This document shows positions 27,687 through 35,838 of a DNA stretch of 64,000 nt, piece by piece (positions within the stretch are counted from its first letter, which is position 1; each line of letters opens with the position of its first letter). The stretch lies in IMG/VR virus record IMGVR_UViG_3300036770_008715, positions 1 to 64,000 of that record, one strand, 5' to 3'. Source of the DNA: a virus. The position numbers were made by a program, and so were the translations under genes. Under the pieces are notes generated by a model. That model was given only the letters and a program-made list of their open reading frames with translations. It did no database searches and was not told the origin of the DNA.

Positions 27687-28484
27687 TTAGAGAGAACCAA
27701 TATGCCCCGCTACTGCTTGTAGATCTCCATTAAATGCATAGGTTCCAATATGGTGAGTCTTCATCCAAGGACAGAGCCAGATCTGACCACCAATGTTACG
27801 CCACCACTGACAGAACATATAATCTTCTGATAGGTATCGATCTGACTTACCATGATCAATTACAGTATCAAAGTATGCATGGATATACCGCGAACCATCA
27901 AAGTTATCTTGGCCAACGTGATCAGGCTTATATCGAAGCTCTGGATACGCAGCCTCAAACTTCTCAAACACATGGCGCTTGATCATCATGTAACCAGTAC
28001 CAATCTCAAGAACTTCTACTGGCTCGGCAACTGAGAATTTATCAGTGCCTGGAACTGGGTTGAACACGTAATCACCAGTTACTTTGTCAAGCTCACCTGG
28101 CTCGATGTTTGGATTATTAAGAATTGCTTGCTTGACTGAAGACCACTTGATTGACTTCTTGGGATATGGTCCGCCGATGATGTCGCGATCAAGTGCTAGA
28201 AGTGCAATAACATCACGCGGATCAAAGTGAATATCTGAGTCAATGAACAACATGTGCGTAAACCCAGAACGCAGAAATTCATCTACCAGATAGTTTCGAG
28301 CCCGAGTGATTAGCGACTCATTAAAGATGAATGAAAATCGAACTTCGATTCCATAATTAGAACACAAACCCTGAAGGTCTAGTGCTGATTTGCAATACAT
28401 ACCAAAACATTGTCCACCATACATCGGAGTGGCAACAAAGAGTTTATGTTTACGCAAATCGTCGAGGGAAATTTCTAGATTCAT
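27687..28484 (-). CDS. GT-A fold glycosyltransferase-like protein
   Basis: FVATPMYGG, ESLITRARN, LFIDSDI, GTGYMMI, LSEDY.FC. Confidence 0.75.
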   Translation of the reverse strand: MNLEISLDDLRKHKLFVATPMYGGQCFGMYCKSALDLQGLCSNYGIEVRFSFIFNESLITRARNYLVDEFLRSGFTHMLFIDSDIHFDPRDVIALLALDRDIIGGPYPKKSIKWSSVKQAILNNPNIEPGELDKVTGDYVFNPVPGTDKFSVAEPVEVLEIGTGYMMIKRHVFEKFEAAYPELRYKPDHVGQDNFDGSRYIHAYFDTVIDHGKSDRYLSEDYMFCQWWRNIGGQIWLCPWMKTHHIGTYAFNGDLQAVAGHIGSL

Positions 28485-28519
28485 AATTAGTCACTCCAAG
28501 TAAAAATAAAGTACATATA

Positions 28520-29320
28520 TCAACCAAAAAAATCTTCTAGAGTTGCACCAACTTCAACTTTTGGTCTAGTATCGCGCAATCTGAGTTCAGCTCTGTTCTT
28601 AGACTCACGGATATACATGGTACAAAGATCAGGATACTGTTCCGCTAACAACTTAGCGTTTTTGGTTATATTCTCTTCCTTACGAGCATCAGTGCCTTGC
28701 ATTCCACCTGGCTCGTTATAGTATTTAGTCTTAATTGTAACATCATCCAATCGAATAACTGCACCATCTTTCAAATAATGTTGCAATGTTCTTTGGTAAT
28801 CTTCCTTCTCGTCAATAGTACAAACTAGATCTGAGTCGTGTCTATTAATGACTCCCCATAAAGCACCAACGCAAAAATACAATCCTACTGAAACTCTGTT
28901 TTTCATAAACATAGGATTGTTGACTGCATATACACCAAATAGATATGCATTATGCTTTATACATTCGTTGAATCCGCGAAAGATAACTTGTTCCTCAAGG
29001 TTCTCCACTGGAACTACAGTTTTATCATCAACCTTGCGTAAGACATCATATACATCATCATCAAAACAAACTAAGTTTGTTCCTACTGGATAATACTTTT
29101 GGATCACTCTACGTTGAGCTTGTAGAGTAATTTCTCCAACAACAATATTTTTATATGGAGTATTTTTTAGTTCTTTGGCATAGTCATCATACTCTTGTTC
29201 ATTAGCAACAAAAACTGTTACCCTCTCAGGATCAATGTTATGCTTACTCAACACAGCAAGAGTTTTTTCACGAACTCCTGATGCTCTACGATAGCTAGGA
29301 ATTGCTATTCTATAATCCAT
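28520..29320 (-). CDS. TET/JBP-associated glycosyltransferase (GREB1/TAGT-like)
   Basis: IAIPSYRR, VCFDDD, KEDYQRT, PGGMQ; directly downstream of the TET/JBP gene. C-terminus ATLEDFFG. Confidence 0.8.
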   Translation of the reverse strand: MDYRIAIPSYRRASGVREKTLAVLSKHNIDPERVTVFVANEQEYDDYAKELKNTPYKNIVVGEITLQAQRRVIQKYYPVGTNLVCFDDDVYDVLRKVDDKTVVPVENLEEQVIFRGFNECIKHNAYLFGVYAVNNPMFMKNRVSVGLYFCVGALWGVINRHDSDLVCTIDEKEDYQRTLQHYLKDGAVIRLDDVTIKTKYYNEPGGMQGTDARKEENITKNAKLLAEQYPDLCTMYIRESKNRAELRLRDTRPKVEVGATLEDFFG

Positions 29321-29331
29321 AGTAACCTCTA

Positions 29332-30681
29332 TTATTCAAATAGATCTTCAAGCGTAGAAATTTTTTCTTTTTCTTGTGGGTGATACTTATTCAACATTTC
29401 TTCGCCGCCAGTATCACGAAGAAAATCATACCACTCTTGCTGATTCCACATATTCTCAGATACGCCATTCCAAAGTGGGCGCCATAGTGGATGTTCTTTG
29501 TTCTTGCGTCGAGCTTCTACATACTGGAAACGGATATCTTCATATTCTTTGCTGCCAAGTTCAAGCATCTTCTCACGAAAATAACAAACAAGGCTGATGC
29601 GTTCTGATCCTTCTTCAGCAACAATCGGAGTGTTGCCATGAATAATTTCATGGTTGTTTACCAGTAGCAAATCACCTGGCCTAACATTAACAGCAATACG
29701 ATACTCAGGAAAAACTAAATAGCCGCCAGTATACTTGCCATCGTTCGATAGTACAAGAAGATTACTTAGGCCATCAGAAAAATCACCAGCGTCTCGATGG
29801 CATGCAGTTTGGAAATTTTTATTTACTGTGATCGTTGTGAAAACAGTCCCTGGAACAAGGAACGATGCATCAATACGATCTGCTGCAGATCTTTGGGCTT
29901 GCCAACGTAATGGAAGTAATTCTCGAAATCCTCGGTTGAGCGACTGAAGGAATGGAAATGCCATCTTGAATTTGTCGAAGTTGTTTTGCGTATAGGCTGT
30001 TGCTCGTCCATATGGAATCCTCGGGTATCGATCGAACCAGCCAGCAATTCCTGAAAAGACTTGGTTGGCATAGGTCGTATCTGAGATATATTTCTTTTCT
30101 ACATTTAGAGCCGATGCCTTTCTATCAGCAGGGCTCATCTTTAGAACAGACTCCAACCAATTCTCAAATACAAATTCGTCTTTCTTAATTTTTGCAGATA
30201 ACCAAACTAATCCTCTTGGTGATTCAGTGTTAGAAAACTTCTCACGAAGCAAGGCAACTTCATCAGCAATATCAAATTCAATAGTTGATTCAGGTATTTT
30301 GGCAAAAAGATCAAGCACCTGAAGTTGGAACTCATTGACCCAATCGCGATTAAGACATTTCTCGCCTTTGGGTCCAGCGGCCAACCCTCGATTTTGCGAA
30401 GGTGCAGCTGCATCGCGCAACCCTAGATATGCTTGCTTCTGTTCCTTGTTAGTAAAAAAATTCTTTCGGAATTTAAATGCGATTGTCGCTTCGTTAGCGC
30501 CCGAAGGGCAATCTTCACACTCAGTTTCACAAGTTGCTTTTGTTACAGCATCACAAGGAGGAATCTTGTAACAATCAGTATCTTCTTCAATCAAAATATC
30601 ATAATGTGATTCGTCAACAAATTGACCGAGAAGATGCTCGCAATCATATTTAGTTTTAGCGACGATTACATTCACACTCAT
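29332..30681 (-). CDS. TET/JBP-family 2OG-Fe(II) nucleic-acid dioxygenase
   Basis: FTTITVNKNFQTACHRDAGD (HxD), GGYLVFPEY, GDLLL..HEIIHGNT, ERISLVCYFRE. C-terminus STLEDLFE. Confidence 0.85.
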   Translation of the reverse strand: MSVNVIVAKTKYDCEHLLGQFVDESHYDILIEEDTDCYKIPPCDAVTKATCETECEDCPSGANEATIAFKFRKNFFTNKEQKQAYLGLRDAAAPSQNRGLAAGPKGEKCLNRDWVNEFQLQVLDLFAKIPESTIEFDIADEVALLREKFSNTESPRGLVWLSAKIKKDEFVFENWLESVLKMSPADRKASALNVEKKYISDTTYANQVFSGIAGWFDRYPRIPYGRATAYTQNNFDKFKMAFPFLQSLNRGFRELLPLRWQAQRSAADRIDASFLVPGTVFTTITVNKNFQTACHRDAGDFSDGLSNLLVLSNDGKYTGGYLVFPEYRIAVNVRPGDLLLVNNHEIIHGNTPIVAEEGSERISLVCYFREKMLELGSKEYEDIRFQYVEARRKNKEHPLWRPLWNGVSENMWNQQEWYDFLRDTGGEEMLNKYHPQEKEKISTLEDLFE

Positions 30682-30710
30682 AACAAAAACTCTGGGAGGG
30701 TGGTATTAGT

Positions 30711-30739
30711 ATTATATATGCAACTTGCATATGAAGCAA
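30711..30739 (-). promoter_or_regulatory. Sigma70-type promoter with palindromic operator
   Basis: TTGCTT-N17-TATAAT. Perfect palindrome ATATGCAA-C-TTGCATAT at 30716-30732. Confidence 0.8.
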
Positions 30740-30740
30740 A

Positions 30741-30764
30741 TAAAAAGGGGGACTTACGTCCCCC
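30741..30764 (-). terminator. Rho-independent terminator
   Basis: GGGGGAC-GTAA-GTCCCCC followed by TTTTTA. Confidence 0.88.
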
Positions 30765-30781
30765 AGAATCAACAGCCAATA

Positions 30782-31069
30782 TTACTGGCTGATTAGAGCA
30801 TCAGCATAGAGCGCACGGCGAGCCCGAGCGATGTGACGACTCTGCATATTACGGACGAAGCTCTGGCTAGGAGTGCCAATGCGGTATGCAAAGGTCTCTT
30901 CACCACGCGAAGTCGTCACCCGATTGGTGTAAATCGGAACACCTTCGTTGCGAAGGCGATAGACAAGATCAGAAACATTGCTGACTTTGAACATGGTACG
31001 AGCCTGCTTGGTCGTAACTTGTTCGCCACGGGAAAGGTAGTTCAGAAAAGAAGAACGAGCACTCATCAT
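30782..31069 (-). CDS. Winged helix-turn-helix DNA-binding protein
   Basis: FLNYL..G..VTTKQA...F.V.NV...VYRLRNEG..IYTN...YRIG. Monocistronic, with its own promoter and terminator. Confidence 0.75.
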   Translation of the reverse strand: MMSARSSFLNYLSRGEQVTTKQARTMFKVSNVSDLVYRLRNEGVPIYTNRVTTSRGEETFAYRIGTPSQSFVRNMQSRHIARARRALYADALISQ

Positions 31070-31126
31070 ACAATCACCTCAGTTGGTTAGGAAACAAACA
31101 TGGCCAGTTTACCCGACCATGTATTC

Positions 31127-31155
31127 ATTATACTCCAGTTCAATTGAAAAGTAAA
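31127..31155 (-). promoter_or_regulatory. Sigma70/T4-early-type promoter
   Basis: TTTACT-N17-TATAAT. Confidence 0.7.
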
Positions 31156-31159
31156 ATCT

Positions 31160-32332
31160 TTATTCGGCTGGAGTCTCTGAATTCTCCACAACAGCTACAG
31201 CTTCAGCTTCAGCATCGATCTTGGTATAAAGATCAAGGAAGCTGGTTTTCACTTCGCTATCATAACGGTTCAAGCACATCTCAATTGCTTTCTTGCGAGA
31301 GCCAAAGATATTGTATGCATTCACGATATGAACAAGGCGGCGAGTCGAGATCACTTCGTCAACTGCATCGTCGTTGAATGCTTTACGGATTACAGTTGCC
31401 CAAGTCACCAGTTTGTTGGCGAACTCTGGCTGATTGATACCGAAGGACTCGAATGCTTTGTTAACAATCTCGAGCTCGACTTTCTGCTCGGGATACTCTT
31501 GTTCCCAGGTAAATGCAAATCGCTCAAGGAATGCCTCGTTGAGGACATTTGCACCAATGAATCGGCCATCGTCTGAACCTTTACCCTTGGTGTTCGCAGT
31601 CGCAATGACAGTGAAACCTTTGGCTGCATGGATGATCTCGCCAGTCTTCTTATCAAAGAAAGGTTTGCCCTCAAGTACACCATTGAGGCAAAGGATCTCC
31701 TCAGTACCATAGTCTACTTCGTCAAGGAGAAGTACTGCACCACGACGCATTGCAGTGATTACTGGACCTTCGCGGCGAATGGTATTGCCATCGATCAGTT
31801 CATATGTGCCAATGAGATCAGACTCGTCGGTACGCTTCGTGATATTGACACGAACAAACTCACGCTTGAGGTTGGCGCAGATCTGCTCAACCATCATCGT
31901 CTTGCCATTACCTGAAAGGCCAGTGATATAGACTGGGCAAAACTGTTTCGACTTGATGATCTTCTTGAGATCATTATAGAAACCGAACGGAACATACCAA
32001 GGGTTGGCTTCAGGCACGAAAGATTCAGTAACGTTCAGAGCACGTTTGGTATGCATCTGGACTACCTGAGCCACCATTGCAGGAGCAGCTTCGAGTTGAG
32101 GAGTAGCATCGACACGTTTTTTCGCGGGAGTTCCGCTGTCAAGAAGGCGATAGACGCCATGGCTGACTTTCTCGGTGAATGATTCGCCGAAGATAAAGTT
32201 GGGTACATCATATCCCTTGGTTGCAGCAAAGCTCTTTACCTCTTTGGCCCTGAAAGTCGTACCGAGCTGATCGAGCACGATAGATACGAATTCATTCTTG
32301 GTTTGCTTGTTCCACATATTCACTTTCCTCAT
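31160..32332 (-). CDS. MoxR/CobS-like AAA+ ATPase
   Basis: GLSGNGKT, LLLDEVD, ATANTKGKG, NEAFLERF, ISTRRL. Confidence 0.92.
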   Translation of the reverse strand: MRKVNMWNKQTKNEFVSIVLDQLGTTFRAKEVKSFAATKGYDVPNFIFGESFTEKVSHGVYRLLDSGTPAKKRVDATPQLEAAPAMVAQVVQMHTKRALNVTESFVPEANPWYVPFGFYNDLKKIIKSKQFCPVYITGLSGNGKTMMVEQICANLKREFVRVNITKRTDESDLIGTYELIDGNTIRREGPVITAMRRGAVLLLDEVDYGTEEILCLNGVLEGKPFFDKKTGEIIHAAKGFTVIATANTKGKGSDDGRFIGANVLNEAFLERFAFTWEQEYPEQKVELEIVNKAFESFGINQPEFANKLVTWATVIRKAFNDDAVDEVISTRRLVHIVNAYNIFGSRKKAIEMCLNRYDSEVKTSFLDLYTKIDAEAEAVAVVENSETPAE

Positions 32333-32712
32333 TACTTAGTCAGAATGTAAGGCTTGTTCCACTGGCCGATGTTGACATCAACATACCAACCCACATCGAA
32401 ATAGTCAGTCATCGCATCCGAGCGATCGTGATTGCCGTCATTGGCAGCAGCCAGCAGTTCTGCAAGAAACTTTTTGCAGTTCCCGCTGAAGTGATCCTGG
32501 TACCAATATGGATTAACGGAGAGACCGTTGGATGCTGGTTTATTGGTGGTCGAATGGTAATTTGTCAAAAAGTCCAGCCTACCCTCTTTGACATTGATAA
32601 CGAGCGTACTGTGACTGCGTACAGCCAGAGTTGCTTTGATTCCATACTTGCTACAGATCTTCTTGATCAGCGGAGCCAGTTTGGCTTTTTTTTCTTGCGA
32701 CATATAGGCCAT
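32332..32712 (-). CDS. Conserved hypothetical early protein
   Basis: D.SDAMTDYFDVGWY..VNIG.WNKPY motif. Confidence 0.7.
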   Translation of the reverse strand: MAYMSQEKKAKLAPLIKKICSKYGIKATLAVRSHSTLVINVKEGRLDFLTNYHSTTNKPASNGLSVNPYWYQDHFSGNCKKFLAELLAAANDGNHDRSDAMTDYFDVGWYVDVNIGQWNKPYILTK

Positions 32713-32729
32713 GATATATACTTTCCTAA

Positions 32730-32912
32730 TTAAAGGTTGGTCTTGATGTAGTCTTTGAGTTCGGTAAGGAACTCGGTGAGTTCTTCTACCCCGTATTTGC
32801 TGAGGTCGTCCTCTCTGGGGTAATCGAAACCTAGTAATATTGCTACTGGCGCGTAGCCGTTGATCTTGCTAATTACGTTCTCTTTTTCCACTTTCTTACT
32901 CCAGTTAATCAC
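32730..32912 (-). CDS. Hypothetical protein
   Basis: 60-aa ORF right after the TATAAT promoter. Confidence 0.5.
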   Translation of the reverse strand: MINWSKKVEKENVISKINGYAPVAILLGFDYPREDDLSKYGVEELTEFLTELKDYIKTNL

Positions 32913-32924
32913 TCTACAATTACC

Positions 32925-32983
32925 ATTATACGCTTGTAGAAAGAAAAAACTAGCATAAAAACGCTTTATAAATCAATAACTTA
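32925..32983 (-). promoter_or_regulatory. Promoter: IHF-like box 39 nt upstream of TATAAT
   Basis: TAAGTTATTGATTT-N39-TATAATGG. Confidence 0.7.
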
Positions 32984-35209
32984 GCAAACATAGTCCATCA
33001 GGGCAGTGGTGAAGATGCGGTCGCTCTTCTTTTTGGCCTGGTTTTTGCCGAATTCTTTGGCTAGGCTATTGACCACCTTCTTGTTAAGCTCATTGACATC
33101 AGTCGTAAGAACAGATTCCTGAGTCATATCATCGTTGATTGCAACGTTGAAGTATGCATCGAACCCTTCTTCCTGAGTAGTGAAGAATCCATTATTCTTA
33201 AGGCTCAGTTTCTGCTGTTGTTTCTCATCTTCTGTAAGATCACGCAGCCGATTGCGGATAGCATACCCATAACCAATGTAGAAACCAATGTTATTGGAGC
33301 CAGTGATCTTGCGAATAAACTTTAACAGATCCGTACGAAGGTTATCTCCACGAGTAAAGTTCATGACTGAACGAGACTTGCGATCTGTGATTCGAAGAAT
33401 TTCTTTAATGTAGCTATCATACTTAGTATAAGTGATTCGTTCGCCAAAACCCTTTTCGTTTTTCAAGAAGAAGGAGTCCGTCTCCTCACCATCAGTCAGA
33501 TAGATGGCATTGACAACATCAAGACGATACTTGTTTTTGAACTGCTCAATGATTTCTCGCGAAACAGCAATTGTAGCAATAAGTGGAGTTGAGTTCAGTT
33601 CGAATGCATAGTAGATCGGATTATTAGATCTGCTATGCGGATAGGCAATATTAAGCAACATTTTGACAGCTTGGCTATAGACAGAATTGCTGAAGGAAGA
33701 GCTCAGAATATGTTTGAGATGGAAGTTGTTGGCAGCATTTGGCCACTCGCTATTGCCAACATACAAATTATCACCAGATACAAACTTATCACCTTTCCTG
33801 GTGTGATGCCCACCATCATTAAATCCATAGATGTCGAAGGGCAAATTGACACGCTTGCAAAAAGTAGAAAGGATTAGCAGCTGCTCAACTGTTTGGGGAA
33901 GTATACGATTCATCGAACCAGAGAGATCGACGAACATGACAATGCCATGCGATTTACCCTTCGGCACAACAGTCATCTTGGCAAAGATATCGTTGGTGAA
34001 CCGATAGCTGTGCAGTTTACCCATATCCAACTCACCAGTCTTGGCAGTCAGCTGGCGGGCATACTGCGACGCATTACGCTTCATCAGAAACTGTTTAACA
34101 AGGAGTTGGATATATTTGTCGTTATTACGGGAAAACCGCTGAGCATTTTGTTTATTACGCAACGCAACATCAAATGTTCTTTGTTCATAGAAAGGTTTGA
34201 ATCGCTCAAGAATTTTATCGATCGGCTCAATGATGTTTGAGAGAATGGGTTCGGGGAAATTGCAATTGTGAATTTGAAGTCCATCGACCACTAGTTCTTT
34301 CTCGCGAGCTCGGAAGATTGCGTCAGTGATGGAGTCATCTTCCGAAACTGTATCTCCCAGCTCATCGAGCATTTTATCTGATGCAGTTGACTCTTCTTCT
34401 TCGTCTTCGTCACTCGAATCAAAAGACTGAGCACCGTCTTGTTGATCGTCATCGTAATCATTGGAGTCGAAGTCATCATCCTGATCTTGTTCTTCACCCT
34501 CTTCGCCTGAATCGCCGAATTGGTAATCGAGCTCTTCGTCGAGCCCATCTTCCTGTTGTTCTTGGTTTTGTTTTTTGATCTCGTTACGAAGATCTTCGAT
34601 TGAATCAATCTGATCGGTTTCAGTTTTGTTCTTACCCATGATGCTGCTGACTCGGCGAGCAATATCAACAACTTCATCAAAGGTTTCAACTTCGTCCAGC
34701 GCCTTTACTATCTCCATTTCCTCTTCGGAGAAGGGGATGTGGTTCAGTGCACCAAACTTGAAATGAACATTGAGTCGATCAGCCAGATTCAGTTTGCTGA
34801 AGTCTTTGAGATCTTTGATACCAAAGAAGTCGCGATTGTGCAGCTCTTTGTATGCACGAAACATTGGGCGCGAAAGGCCAGGATACTTGCGTTTCATCAG
34901 CTTCTCAATGCGCGCATCCTCGCAGACGTTGAGTACTGACTTGTTGACGTCAGAAATGTTCGAGGATCCACCATCGATGGCGCTGTGCCAACCTTCGGAT
35001 GGAGTAAAGAGGGAATGGCCAACCTCATGACCCATGAGTAGATCATAAAGATCGCCGTCGATCACTTCCCAGATCGGGCAGTAGAGAGTGCGCGTCTTGA
35101 GGTCAAACGCAGCAGTTGGTATCTTCTGGTGGACGATATTGATATTCTCGCCCGCCAGAAGTTTAGCGAGTGCGGACTTATTGGCTCTGAGGTCTTGGTT
35201 CATATACAA
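32981..35209 (-). CDS. CobT-like protein: HExxH metallopeptidase-like domain, acidic linker and VWA domain
   Basis: GHEVGH, NVCEDARIE, D/E-rich linker, MIDAS DLSGSM, STPL, LTDGE. Confidence 0.88.
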   Translation of the reverse strand: MYMNQDLRANKSALAKLLAGENINIVHQKIPTAAFDLKTRTLYCPIWEVIDGDLYDLLMGHEVGHSLFTPSEGWHSAIDGGSSNISDVNKSVLNVCEDARIEKLMKRKYPGLSRPMFRAYKELHNRDFFGIKDLKDFSKLNLADRLNVHFKFGALNHIPFSEEEMEIVKALDEVETFDEVVDIARRVSSIMGKNKTETDQIDSIEDLRNEIKKQNQEQQEDGLDEELDYQFGDSGEEGEEQDQDDDFDSNDYDDDQQDGAQSFDSSDEDEEEESTASDKMLDELGDTVSEDDSITDAIFRAREKELVVDGLQIHNCNFPEPILSNIIEPIDKILERFKPFYEQRTFDVALRNKQNAQRFSRNNDKYIQLLVKQFLMKRNASQYARQLTAKTGELDMGKLHSYRFTNDIFAKMTVVPKGKSHGIVMFVDLSGSMNRILPQTVEQLLILSTFCKRVNLPFDIYGFNDGGHHTRKGDKFVSGDNLYVGNSEWPNAANNFHLKHILSSSFSNSVYSQAVKMLLNIAYPHSRSNNPIYYAFELNSTPLIATIAVSREIIEQFKNKYRLDVVNAIYLTDGEETDSFFLKNEKGFGERITYTKYDSYIKEILRITDRKSRSVMNFTRGDNLRTDLLKFIRKITGSNNIGFYIGYGYAIRNRLRDLTEDEKQQQKLSLKNNGFFTTQEEGFDAYFNVAINDDMTQESVLTTDVNELNKKVVNSLAKEFGKNQAKKKSDRIFTTALMDYVC

Positions 35210-35229
35210 ACTCCTATCTGATAGGGTCC

Positions 35230-35289
35230 ATTATATATGACTGATCCCTCTAAAATAGCAACAAAAACTCTTTATAAATCAGTAACTTA
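35230..35289 (-). promoter_or_regulatory. Promoter: IHF-like box 40 nt upstream of TATAAT
   Basis: TAAGTTACTGATTT-N40-TATAATGG. Confidence 0.7.
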
Positions 35290-35838
35290 CGCGGCAGCTA
35301 GTTTTTTCATCTTTTTCAGGTTGGTTTTGATCTTCCGTTTTGCTTCCATCAGCTTCACTTTGGGTACTCGATCGGTGTATACAACACCATCAAGATGATC
35401 CATTTCGTGAAGGACGCAGGTAGCTGTGAGGCCATTGAACTCCTGTTGCTTCCTTTCGCCTCCAACAATATCATATTGGAGAACAACTGAGTCTGGTCGG
35501 CCAACTGTAACGTACAATCCAGGATATGATAAGCAACCTTCTTGGAATTTAGTTTTGGTTTCTGATACTCTGACAATAACTGGATTGACTAGGCACCAGA
35601 TCTGTTTGCCAACATTAAGCGCAAACATGCGATATGGAAGGCCAACTTGATTGGCTGACAGACCAAGCCCGTTTAGTTTGTTAAGAGTTTCCATCAACGA
35701 CAAAGCAGCATAGGCAACATTTTTATCTGTGACATCAACCCAGTGAGTAGGCTGTCGAAGAATAGGATCATAGAAATCTACTAGTTTCAGAATTTCATAT
35801 TCAAACATCTGGCCATTAACAAACTTTAGCTTCTTCAT
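35287..35838 (-). CDS. def: Peptide deformylase
   Basis: GLGLSANQVG, EGCLS, HEMDHLDG. Confidence 0.96.
   Translation of the reverse strand: MKKLKFVNGQMFEYEILKLVDFYDPILRQPTHWVDVTDKNVAYAALSLMETLNKLNGLGLSANQVGLPYRMFALNVGKQIWCLVNPVIVRVSETKTKFQEGCLSYPGLYVTVGRPDSVVLQYDIVGGERKQQEFNGLTATCVLHEMDHLDGVVYTDRVPKVKLMEAKRKIKTNLKKMKKLAAA

Noticed and set aside
31160-35209. Cobalamin biosynthesis (cobS/cobT) as auxiliary metabolism
   Set aside because: No cobN or other cob genes are present. The motifs support only a generic MoxR AAA+/VWA pair.
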